Below are positions 1 to 11,023 of a stretch of DNA of 64,000 nucleotides, piece by piece; within the stretch, counting starts at the first letter, position 1, and each line of letters starts with the position of its first letter. Origin of the DNA: Escherichia coli (GTDB lineage Bacteria > Pseudomonadota > Gammaproteobacteria > Enterobacterales > Enterobacteriaceae). The notes below the pieces were generated by a model. That model did no database searches. It was not told where the DNA came from and worked only from the letters and a program-made list of their open reading frames with translations. Location: NCBI RefSeq assembly GCF_013122565.1, contig NZ_CP053258.1; one strand, given 5' to 3'. The translations under genes were made by a program, and so were the position numbers.

Positions 1-965
<965 letters not shown>

Positions 966-1239
966 TTATAATTGAATTAATCCACGGATGCGATAGTTGA
1001 GATCTTACATATTGTTGGTTAAAGAGATGTAGATCAAATTGATCGTAATTAAGCTTTTTTGATTATGTCCGAATTCGGACAAATGCTTTATAAAAAAGGG
1101 TTTTAGCTTCATATCCTTCAAGTAATGAGGGAGAAAACAAGGCTGACAACCTTATTTTCCCGCCCTCATTTCGAGGCAGCATTTTGTGCTCTGTTTAAAA
1201 TTTGTGATCACTGTGTGATTTTCACAAAAGCCACACTAT

Positions 1240-2133
<894 letters not shown>

Positions 2134-2171
2134 TTACCTCATCAATCGCTTGTTGTTATATGTTGTGTTGT

Positions 2172-2211
2172 GCACATCTATCCATTTAGACGTCCAGATG
2201 TAAAGATGAAG
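2172..2211 (-). promoter_or_regulatory. tandem met boxes (MetJ operator) upstream of metF
   Basis: Consecutive 8-mers AGACGTCC-AGATGTAA-AGATGAAG resembling met-box consensus AGACGTCT, 40-80 nt upstream of metF start. Confidence 0.6.
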
Positions 2212-2540
2212 GAAAAGCCGAAGGGCGTCAACCGAAAAATGACCACTGATGGTGAGGAAATATCAGGGAAGTTGAAATTTTTTCATCTGAAGAAAAAAAC
2301 AGGGATACCAATGTTCAGTATGAGGTGAATATTGGGAAAATGCTGACGTTATTAATTTTATATTTATTTAAATGATGATTCATTCTGATTTATTTACTTA
2401 AAAAATGAATTATATTTTCAAATAAAACAAAAAGATACTTTAAGCCTCTCCGGCCTCCTCGCTTTTAATTTTGAACCACTTCAAACAAATAATAAATTCC
2501 TAAGAATTAAGTTGCAGACAAATTATACATCCCTCACGAT

Positions 2541-2571
2541 AAGTAGAACGTTCTAGTAGAACGTTCTACTT
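2541..2571 (+). promoter_or_regulatory. tandem LacI-family-type palindromic operator upstream of PTS gene
   Basis: AAGTAGAACGTTCTAGTAGAACGTTCTACTT: two copies of palindrome TAGAACGTTCTA with central CG, ~50 nt upstream of the PTS EIICB start. Confidence 0.5.
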
Positions 2572-2623
2572 ATATAAATAATCGTTCTTGCGCAGTCATC
2601 TGCGCTATTCGGGGGAAATCAGC

Positions 2624-4123
2624 ATGGGTCTGATATCGAGTGTCGTAAAATCACTTTCTAAACTGTCGATGATTGGTCGCGCGCTGATGCTGCCAATTTC
2701 GCTTCTGCCTGCCGCCGGGTTGTTGCTGGCGTTCGGCGATAAATTCCACATGCCGTTGATGATGAATGCCGGCGGTATCATTTTTGATAACTTGCCGATG
2801 CTTTTTGCTATCGGTTCTGCCGTGGGACTGGCTTCAGAATCGGGTATTGCGGCGCTATCCGCAGCTGTATCCGTCTTTGTCACTAATATCACCATCGGTA
2901 CTGTCCTTGGCATCACACCAGAGATGGCCGGGCAAGGCGGTAAATATGCGATGGTGGTGGGGATCCCAACGCTGCAAATGGGCGTCTTCGGCGGCCTGAT
3001 ATGCGGGGTTCTGGCGGCGTGGTGTTACAACCGTTTTCATACCATGCAATTACCAGAATTCCTTGGCTTTTTCTCCGGCAAACGCTTCGTGGCTATCGCG
3101 ACGGCTTTTCTTTCCTTCATCCTTGGCTTGTTACTGCCCTATGTCTGGCAACATATTCAGTCGGGAATCGATGCCCTATCAGTTATCGTCAATGGTGATA
3201 ACCAGGCGGCATCGACCTTTATTTTTGGTGTGACAGAACGTGCGCTCATTCCGCTTGGCCTGCACCACATCTGGTATCCATCGTTCTGGTACTCTTTTGG
3301 TGATTACACCACCCAGGCAGGCCAAATGATCCACGGTGACCAAACAATTTGGTTCAAAATGCTGGAAGAAGGTGTGAAATCGTTCAGTAGCGACAGCTAC
3401 CATAACGCGGGTAAGTTTTTACAGGGCGAGTTCCCGCTCATGCTGTTCGCGCTGCCTGCGGCGTGTCTGGCGATGTACCATGAAGCACACACCAAAAATA
3501 AGAAAATTGCCGCCGGTATTCTGTTCTCTGCCGCATTAACCTGTTTCCTGACAGGTATTACAGAACCCGTTGAATTTACCTTTATTTTCGTGGCACCGGT
3601 ACTGTACGTATTCAACGCGATAATGGCTGGCCTCTCCTATATGGCGATGTATCTGCTCCATGCCCATATTGCAAAATCCTTCTCGGCAGGGCTTATCGAT
3701 TATATTTCGTTTGGCATCCTGCCATCATTTAACGGCTACGAAACCAACTTCCTGAGTGCCATTATTGTTGGCGTACCGATGGCGATTATCTATTACTTCA
3801 CTTTCCGCTTTGTTATTCGCCGTTTTGATGTGAAAACACCGGGTCGAGCCGAAAGCACCGTATCCGCTAACGATAAAACCGATGATGAACTGGCTACGGA
3901 AATTATCAGTCTGCTGGGCGGCCAACAAAATATCTCTTCCGTCGCATCCTGCATAACACGCCTGCGTCTGGAAGTGGCAGATAAGGATGTAGTTGATAAA
4001 GATGGACTGAACAATGTCGGTGCTCGTGGTGTGGTTTTTGTCGGCGATAACGGCATTCAGGTGATTTTTGGCGCACGTGCACAATTTATCGCGCAAACCA
4101 TGTCGACGATGATTGGCAAATAG
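2624..4123 (+). CDS. PTS glucose/maltose-family EIICB component
   Basis: Polytopic membrane N-terminal domain plus C-terminal EIIB with CITRLR phospho-cysteine motif; start placed at ATG 2624 after GGGGGA RBS (track ORF begins at TTG 2588). Confidence 0.8.
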   Translation: MGLISSVVKSLSKLSMIGRALMLPISLLPAAGLLLAFGDKFHMPLMMNAGGIIFDNLPMLFAIGSAVGLASESGIAALSAAVSVFVTNITIGTVLGITPEMAGQGGKYAMVVGIPTLQMGVFGGLICGVLAAWCYNRFHTMQLPEFLGFFSGKRFVAIATAFLSFILGLLLPYVWQHIQSGIDALSVIVNGDNQAASTFIFGVTERALIPLGLHHIWYPSFWYSFGDYTTQAGQMIHGDQTIWFKMLEEGVKSFSSDSYHNAGKFLQGEFPLMLFALPAACLAMYHEAHTKNKKIAAGILFSAALTCFLTGITEPVEFTFIFVAPVLYVFNAIMAGLSYMAMYLLHAHIAKSFSAGLIDYISFGILPSFNGYETNFLSAIIVGVPMAIIYYFTFRFVIRRFDVKTPGRAESTVSANDKTDDELATEIISLLGGQQNISSVASCITRLRLEVADKDVVDKDGLNNVGARGVVFVGDNGIQVIFGARAQFIAQTMSTMIGK

Positions 4124-4190
4124 TCATAAGATTACGCTTTGTTGGAGGTTCTGGTCCCTGACTGGAACCTTCGTACTTATTGTTCAGGGA

Positions 4191-5213
4191 GTGAAGTTGA
4201 AGAAAGTCAGCATAATTGATGTTGCCAAAAGCGCAGGAGTCTCGGTCTCTACTGTGTCGCTGGTCCTGCGCCAGAAAGGCAAAATTTCCGAGGCAACCAT
4301 CGAGAAAGTTCATGCTGCCATTACTGAGCTTGGCTACGTGCATAATGTTGCCGCCGCCAATTTACGCTCCAACACTTCAAATCTTATCGGTCTGATTTTA
4401 CGTGATTTTAGCGATAGCTTTTCCATCAAAGTGATGGCAAGTATTGTTCAGGAACTGGAAGCACAAGGATATATGGTTTTCCTCGGGCAACCACAGAACG
4501 AGCATGAACATCTTGAACGCTGTTTGCTTTCCTTCAAGCAACAAGGTGTTGCCGGAGTGATTTATCTGGCTTCCGATGCGCAGCGTGAAACCTTACCCGC
4601 GCTGATTCGCCAGTGCCCTCTTCCTCTTGTCGTCGCCTCACAATCCCCCATCAAAGATGAATGCAATCTGGTATTGCGCGACAACCAGCAGGCGGCAAGC
4701 CTTGCCACGCGTTATTTAATTGAGCGTGGACATCGTTACATTGCCTACCTCGGCGGCAGAGAAAGCGATCTTATCCGCCAACAGCGACTGGTGGGTTTTC
4801 GCCAGACCCTGGCAAAATTCGGTATTGCCAGTCGTGACGAGTTCACGCCAGCCTGTGACGATGATACATACGCCGCCAGCATGGCCACGCGCCAGTTGCT
4901 GGAGAATAACAATGCCATCACCGCCCTACTCTGCCATTCGCCCGAGGCCATGATTGGCGGTATCAACGGCATACATCAGGTGGGGCGCACCGTCGGGAGA
5001 GACATCTTTCTGACCCAGCAGGTGGCGCTAATTGGTTTTGAAGATATGCTGCACATCAATCTGACCTCGCCCGTTTTCACCTATGTCTCTTCCGCCAGTG
5101 AAGAAACCGGACGCCAGGCTGCTAATCTAATAATCCGCAAGTTAAAAGACCCGGAGCTGCAAATTCAAAGAATTGCGCTTTCCGGGCAACTGGTAGTGCG
5201 GGAATCGGCGTAA
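4191..5213 (+). CDS. LacI-family transcriptional regulator
   Basis: N-terminal HTH KKVSIIDVAKSAGVSVSTVSLVL followed by periplasmic-binding-protein-like sugar-binding fold; start at GTG 4191 or TTG 4197 is uncertain. Confidence 0.8.
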   Translation: MKLKKVSIIDVAKSAGVSVSTVSLVLRQKGKISEATIEKVHAAITELGYVHNVAAANLRSNTSNLIGLILRDFSDSFSIKVMASIVQELEAQGYMVFLGQPQNEHEHLERCLLSFKQQGVAGVIYLASDAQRETLPALIRQCPLPLVVASQSPIKDECNLVLRDNQQAASLATRYLIERGHRYIAYLGGRESDLIRQQRLVGFRQTLAKFGIASRDEFTPACDDDTYAASMATRQLLENNNAITALLCHSPEAMIGGINGIHQVGRTVGRDIFLTQQVALIGFEDMLHINLTSPVFTYVSSASEETGRQAANLIIRKLKDPELQIQRIALSGQLVVRESA

Positions 5214-5336
5214 TTATTTCTGCCAGTCTCCGTCTTTAGCCGGCGGTCATCGCCACAACTGCACTGATGGATATGGTATTCTTTCGAGTATCTTTGCGGG
5301 CACTAACGCCAGGAGTATCGCCATGAGAATGGCGCG

Positions 5337-6818
5337 ATGAACACAGGGAATTTCGAGTCGATACAAATCATACTCGACGCGCAAGAGTGGCGTAGCCTGC
5401 CGCTGCATCTGCGTCTGTATCACGCTTTTCGCCAATTGGTGATTTCCGGCGCGTTGTCTGATGGCGCAAAGCTGCCGTCCGCTCGCGCACTGGCCCAGCA
5501 ACTTGGTCTTTCCAGAGATACCGTCGAAAATGCCTATTCCCAGCTTCAGCGCGACGGTTTTATGACCCGCAGGCAGGGAGCCGGGAGTTTCGCCAGCCGC
5601 CAGGGGATCCCGCAAATTCAGGGGCAGCACGCTCAGCCCCCCTCGCCCGGACAAGCACCGGCATTAACCGCCCGCTGGCAGCCGATTGCCGATCGCGCCG
5701 TCTCTTTCGATGCCCGCCAGATGCAGACCTTTACGCTTGGCCTGCCGGAAACGCGAAACTTCCCGCTAAACATTTGGCAGAACTTTTCCCGCCAGATCCA
5801 ACGTGAGCAGGCGCATACGCTGATGTTAAATAGCGATCCGCAGGGCGAGCCGGAGCTGCGCCAGCAAATTGCGCATTACCTTAATTTTGAACGCGGCGCG
5901 AAGGTAGATGCAGAGCAGATTGTGATTGTCAGCGGCGCACGGCAGGCGTTCTGGCTGTGCGGGCAACTGCTGGCAGAGGCCGGGCAATCAGTGGCGATGG
6001 AAAATCCAGGCTATCCCGGCGCGCGTCAGGCGTTTTCTGCCGCACAGCTTAATCTTCTTCCCGTTGAAGTGGATGACGCCGGGATCCGGGTGGATAAACT
6101 GCCGCCCGCACCGCTGGTTTACGTCACGCCGTCGCACCAGTTTCCTTCTGGTCATTTGCTCACGCTGGCGCGCCGTCACGCCCTGATTGCCTGGGCACAG
6201 GCGCACAATGCGTGGATTATTGAAGACGACTACGACAGCGAATTTCACTACACCAGCGCGCCCGTCGCCTGTCTGCAAGGGTTAGACTGCGAGCAACGCA
6301 CCCTGTATGTCGGCACTTTCAGCAAAACGCTCTATCCTGGTTTGCGCATTGGTTATCTGGTGGTGCCTGCCTCGCTGGCTGCGCACTTTGCCGCCGCACG
6401 TAATTTGCTTGATGGCGCAACGCCTGCGTTATCCCAACTGACGCTGGCGCGATTTATCGAGTCCGGTCATTTTGCCGCCCATATTCGCACCATGCGCAAT
6501 ATGTACGCGGTGCGACAGGCGAGCCTTGCAGAGGCTATTCATCAGCACTTAAGTGAATGGGTCACGCCAGTGGTGACATCCGGTGGATTACAAATGCCCT
6601 GCTGGCTGCATGAAGATGTTGATGAGCAACAGACGCTGAACGCGGCGCGCCGCGCCGGGTTAAATATCGCCGGGATGCGCCAGTTCTGGCTGACGCACCC
6701 CGCGCCCGCGGGCTGGCTGCTGGGATTCGCCGCCTTTACCCCCTACGAAATTGAGCAGGGAGTCAAGCGTCTGCGGGCTGCATTATGCGCTGAAAACGTG
6801 CGCCCAGCCGGGTCATAA
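5337..6818 (+). CDS. MocR/GntR-family regulator with PLP-dependent aminotransferase-like domain
   Basis: 493 aa; N-terminal GntR-type HTH (LPSARALAQQLGLSRDTVENAYSQL) plus large C-terminal aminotransferase-fold domain. Confidence 0.75.
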   Translation: MNTGNFESIQIILDAQEWRSLPLHLRLYHAFRQLVISGALSDGAKLPSARALAQQLGLSRDTVENAYSQLQRDGFMTRRQGAGSFASRQGIPQIQGQHAQPPSPGQAPALTARWQPIADRAVSFDARQMQTFTLGLPETRNFPLNIWQNFSRQIQREQAHTLMLNSDPQGEPELRQQIAHYLNFERGAKVDAEQIVIVSGARQAFWLCGQLLAEAGQSVAMENPGYPGARQAFSAAQLNLLPVEVDDAGIRVDKLPPAPLVYVTPSHQFPSGHLLTLARRHALIAWAQAHNAWIIEDDYDSEFHYTSAPVACLQGLDCEQRTLYVGTFSKTLYPGLRIGYLVVPASLAAHFAAARNLLDGATPALSQLTLARFIESGHFAAHIRTMRNMYAVRQASLAEAIHQHLSEWVTPVVTSGGLQMPCWLHEDVDEQQTLNAARRAGLNIAGMRQFWLTHPAPAGWLLGFAAFTPYEIEQGVKRLRAALCAENVRPAGS

Positions 6819-7869
6819 TCTCATACGGGATGGTGTCGCAGGCAGCCGCAACCTCTTCCAGCGTCTGGCCTGTGCCAATAAACTCCACCTTATCGCCCGC
6901 CGTCGGCGTGACGGCGCTGGCATCGACCATAAAGCTGTCCATACACACCCGCCCCAACACCGGTAACCGCACCCCGCGCCAGCATACGCCCGCCGGAGGA
7001 CGCATATTTCGCGGAACGCCATCCGCGTAACCCGCGGATATCGTGGCGATACGCAGCGGACGCGTGGCGGTAACCGTGCTGCCGTAGCCAACTGGCGTTC
7101 CGGCCGGAACATCCTGCACGCGCAGTATGGTCAGCGTCAGCGTAAAGACCGGTTTTAACGGCCTGGAAAACCACGGCTGGGTGACGCCAAACAGCGCAAT
7201 CCCCGGACGGCAGAGATCTTCCCGCCAGCCCGAGTGCAAAAACATCCCGCAGGAGTTCGCCAGCGAAAATCGGCTGCTGGGGAAAACCGTTTTTGCCTGC
7301 TGAAGTCGCGCGTGTTGCGCCATATTTAACGCATGATCCGGCCTGTCGGCGTTCGCCAGATGGCTGATGATATAATCCGGCGCAGGCCAGTTACGCTCAC
7401 GAAAAATCGCCGCCAGACGCATCAGTTGTTGCGACATCACGCCCAGCCGCGACATCCCGGAATCGAGCTGAATCATCACCGCACGCCGCTGCTGGCGCGT
7501 TTCCAGTAACGTAAGCCACGCCATCACCTGGTCTACGGAATTGAGCAATGGCGTGATCTGCTGCGCGTAACAAAATGCCATCGCCTCCGGCATAACCCCA
7601 TTAAGCACCACCACCCGCGCATCAGCGGGCAAGCATTTACGCAGCGCCACACCTTCAGAAAGCTGCGCGACAAAAAAGATCCGGCAGTTCGCCGCATACA
7701 GGGCGGGAGCAATCGCCTCCGCCCCCAGACCATAGGCATTCGCCTTCAACACCGCGCCACATTGCGCACGGGCAGCATGGCGGGCCAGGGTGCGATAATT
7801 TTCGACAATGGCGGCGAGATTGACGCACATAACGCCGCACGCCGCCTGAATTTCAGCAAGAGTTATCAT
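6763..7869 (-). CDS. alanine racemase-family (fold-type III PLP) enzyme
   Basis: 368 aa; [11 protein letters not shown]-lysine motif typical of Alr; ATG overlaps stop of upstream GlyA-like ORF (ATGA). Confidence 0.75.
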   Translation of the reverse strand: MITLAEIQAACGVMCVNLAAIVENYRTLARHAARAQCGAVLKANAYGLGAEAIAPALYAANCRIFFVAQLSEGVALRKCLPADARVVVLNGVMPEAMAFCYAQQITPLLNSVDQVMAWLTLLETRQQRRAVMIQLDSGMSRLGVMSQQLMRLAAIFRERNWPAPDYIISHLANADRPDHALNMAQHARLQQAKTVFPSSRFSLANSCGMFLHSGWREDLCRPGIALFGVTQPWFSRPLKPVFTLTLTILRVQDVPAGTPVGYGSTVTATRPLRIATISAGYADGVPRNMRPPAGVCWRGVRLPVLGRVCMDSFMVDASAVTPTAGDKVEFIGTGQTLEEVAAACDTIPYEIMTRLGARFQRIMQPADA

Positions 7870-8981
7870 TGATAAGGCAACGGATAGCGGTTGGTTAGTT
7901 GTATTACTTTTTGCTCAATATCGGCGCAAATGTCTGCAATATCTGACGCGTTAATGGCCAGAATGATTTCACTTATCCAGTCAGCAATAAGCGCAAAGTC
8001 ATCCGCCTGCATCCCACGCGTGGTGCAGGCCGCGCTGCCAATACGAACGCCGGAGGTAATCGACGGCGGCTGCGGATCGCCCGGCAGGGTGTTTTTATTA
8101 ACCGTGATCCCCGCCAGTTCGAGAAAATACTCTACCTGTGCGCCGGTTAACCCCTGCGGGCGCAGGTCGATAATCCCCAGATGGCAATCGGTGCCGCCCG
8201 TTAACAGCGTCAGACCGCGCTGCGCCAGTTGCTGGCACATCGCCTGCGCATTGTCGATGACCTGCCCGGCATAACGTTTAAATTCCGGTTGTAATGCCTC
8301 GCCAAGCGCCACCGCTTTCGCCGCGATAACGTGCATCAACGGCCCGCCCTGCAAACCGGGAAAGATGGCGCTGTCGATTTTTTTCGCAAGCCGGGCGTCG
8401 TTGGTGAGGATCATGCCGCCGCGCGGCCCGCGCAACGTTTTATGCGTGGTGGTGGTGACCACATCAGCATACGCCAGCGGCGAAGGGAAACAGCCGCCCG
8501 CCACCAGCCCGGCAAAGTGCGCCATATCCACCAGCAAAATGGCGCCCACGGCATCGGCAATGCGGCGAAAACGGGCAAAATCATAGCGGCGTGGATAAGC
8601 CGATCCTCCGGCAATAATCAACCGTGGGCGCTCACGCAGCGCGATCATCTCGACTTCATCCATATCAATCAGGCCACTATGGGCATCGACGCCATAGTGA
8701 AAAGCGTTAAACCATTTGCCAGATTGATTGACCGGCGAACCGTGCGTGAGATGCCCGCCGCATTGCAGGCTCATGCCAAGAATTTTGTCGCCGGGTTTCA
8801 GCAACGCCAGATAGACCGCCTGATTCGCCTGGCTGCCGGAGTGAGGCTGCACATTGACGTAACGTGCGCCAAAGAGTTGCTGGGCGCGGGTTATCGCCAG
8901 CATCTCAACCTCATCAATAAACTTACAGCCGCCGTAGTAGCGATGCTGGTAATAACCTTCGGCGTATTTATTGGTTAACAC
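7866..8981 (-). CDS. serine hydroxymethyltransferase (GlyA) paralog; N-terminus interrupted by in-frame TAG (possible pseudogene, intact frame would start at ATG 9104)
   Basis: ORF aligns to SHMT from LTNKYAEGY onward ([21 protein letters not shown] motifs). Upstream in-frame codons read [43 protein letters not shown], still SHMT-like. Confidence 0.65.
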   Translation of the reverse strand: MLTNKYAEGYYQHRYYGGCKFIDEVEMLAITRAQQLFGARYVNVQPHSGSQANQAVYLALLKPGDKILGMSLQCGGHLTHGSPVNQSGKWFNAFHYGVDAHSGLIDMDEVEMIALRERPRLIIAGGSAYPRRYDFARFRRIADAVGAILLVDMAHFAGLVAGGCFPSPLAYADVVTTTTHKTLRGPRGGMILTNDARLAKKIDSAIFPGLQGGPLMHVIAAKAVALGEALQPEFKRYAGQVIDNAQAMCQQLAQRGLTLLTGGTDCHLGIIDLRPQGLTGAQVEYFLELAGITVNKNTLPGDPQPPSITSGVRIGSAACTTRGMQADDFALIADWISEIILAINASDIADICADIEQKVIQLTNRYPLPYQ

Positions 8982-9337
8982 CGACCCCTGCGCCGCGAGA
9001 ACAGCGGGGCTTACGAAATTCTCCGAGGCAATCAGTTCCAGCGACTACTGCTGGCGCTGTTGCTCCTGGTTAATCAATGCAAAAAGTGGATCGTTATTTA
9101 TCATGCGCTTCCCCCGAAAATTCATCATGCGATGATTTTCGCAGGGAAAACGTCGCCCGCACCCTGCCACTTTTTAGAATGAGCGCAGACCACCTATGTC
9201 GTTTTACTTAAAAGAAGAGGGAAGAAGGCTCCAGGCATCTCCATATGCGATTCTGGTTGGTAATACATCATATTCCAGCTGCTCTTATCTGCCTACGTTA
9301 TTGCATAGGCAGAATAAGGCAGCCTCAATACGTACTT

Positions 9338-10891
9338 TTACTTGATATATTTCACGCGCATACCGTTGATCTGTTCATCCGTGATGGTGTTACCCGCTTT
9401 GAAGTAATCAACCACGGCGTGATAAACGTAATAACCGCCCGTTGTGTTACGCGCTTTCCCTTCGGTAAAGGCGGTAAAACCATCTCCACCATCAGCAAGG
9501 AAACTCTGGGTGGCAATAGAATAAACTGTCGCATCTTCAATGGGTTTGCCATTCAGAGTCAGTGTGATTACCCGCTGACCAACCGGCTTGCTGCTGTCGT
9601 ACTTCATTTCCAGGCCTTTCGATACCTGTAAAACGCCATTACTTAAACTTGCGCCGTGTTCCATCAAACTGCGTAATTGTTTCCCTGTGAGATCCATCGT
9701 CACCAGTTCGTTGGGGAACGGGAAGGTACTGATGACGCCGCCCATCGTAATCGCCCCTGCGGGGATCTCATTGCGAATACCGCCAGAGTTGGTTAAGGCT
9801 ATTTGGGTGTTTTTACCCGCCGCTACCAGTAAAGCGTCAGCCGCCAGGTTCCCGAGGGAAGCCGATTCACCATAGGCACGTTTTAATTCAACCGGCGATT
9901 GCGCCACCGTTTGTTGCACCACTTCATCAAGCTTTTTATTCCAGCCGTCGATCACCTGTTTTGTTTGCGGATCGGGCTTCCACTCGTCGGCGTAAATGGT
10001 TTTCAGCTCGAAGTTTTTCACCGTAAAATCATGCGGCTTCTCTTTGTAGTCGAGGACCAGTTTGCCCACATCAATCCCGCCGCTGTCAGTGGAGAGGATG
10101 AGCGTATTGCCGACTTTAATCGGTTCCGGCGTACCCACATGTGCATGTCCGGTGATCAAAATATCCAGCCCTTTCACCTGACTTGCCGTCTGAATATCTT
10201 TATCCAGTGCGCGACGCACATCGGTCCCTCCCATACTGGACTGGCGGGCCGGAACACCTTCATGGATCAGGGCGACGGTCAAATCAACCTTGCCTTTAAG
10301 TTCATCGATATAACGTTGTAGCCATTTAATTTCATCGCGCGCTTCAATACCCACGCGCGTGGCAGCAGATACCGTATCGTTGAAAGCAAATACTCCGTGC
10401 AAACCTATAACGCCTATTTTCACGCCGTCTTTTTCGATGATGGTATATGGCTTATCCCAGAATGATTTACTGCTGTTCTGATAAAAAACATTGCCCTGCA
10501 CAATAGGGAATTTTGCCTGACTCAACTGTAATAATGTGTTGTCCCAGCCGTGGTCAAATTCATGGTTGCCTATCGTGACGGCATCAAACGGCATAGTATT
10601 CATAATATCGATAATAGCCTTACCTTTGGTCAGGCTGCTGATATATGGCCCGGTAAAATAATCACCCGCATCAAAAAACCATGTCGCTTTATTTTTTGCT
10701 TTTTCTTGCTTAACCAGCGTAGTGATATTTGCCCAGCCGCCAATATCCCGTTTACCGTCAGCGATCCACGGCACTTTATAAGGCTCGACATGCGCATGGA
10801 GGTCGTTGGTATAAATGATGGTGACATCTTTGGCGCAAGCCCAGAACGGCAATGTTAATGCGATACCCGCAGCAAGTATTTTAATTTTCAT
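9338..10891 (-). CDS. secreted bifunctional metallophosphatase/5'-nucleotidase (UshA-like)
   Basis: 517 aa; signal peptide [20 protein letters not shown]; calcineurin-like metallophosphatase motifs (GNHEFD, GHAH) and C-terminal 5'-nucleotidase domain. Confidence 0.8.
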   Translation of the reverse strand: MKIKILAAGIALTLPFWACAKDVTIIYTNDLHAHVEPYKVPWIADGKRDIGGWANITTLVKQEKAKNKATWFFDAGDYFTGPYISSLTKGKAIIDIMNTMPFDAVTIGNHEFDHGWDNTLLQLSQAKFPIVQGNVFYQNSSKSFWDKPYTIIEKDGVKIGVIGLHGVFAFNDTVSAATRVGIEARDEIKWLQRYIDELKGKVDLTVALIHEGVPARQSSMGGTDVRRALDKDIQTASQVKGLDILITGHAHVGTPEPIKVGNTLILSTDSGGIDVGKLVLDYKEKPHDFTVKNFELKTIYADEWKPDPQTKQVIDGWNKKLDEVVQQTVAQSPVELKRAYGESASLGNLAADALLVAAGKNTQIALTNSGGIRNEIPAGAITMGGVISTFPFPNELVTMDLTGKQLRSLMEHGASLSNGVLQVSKGLEMKYDSSKPVGQRVITLTLNGKPIEDATVYSIATQSFLADGGDGFTAFTEGKARNTTGGYYVYHAVVDYFKAGNTITDEQINGMRVKYIK

Positions 10892-11023
10892 AAATAGTCC
10901 CTTTCAGTGATTTAAAGGATTGCTACATTACGTTCTGAAAGAGTTATTTATGTGAGAGTAATCACATCCGCAGGGGATAGTTGCCGGACAAAATCAACGA
11001 CCTTGTGAAATCGTTGGTGATAT

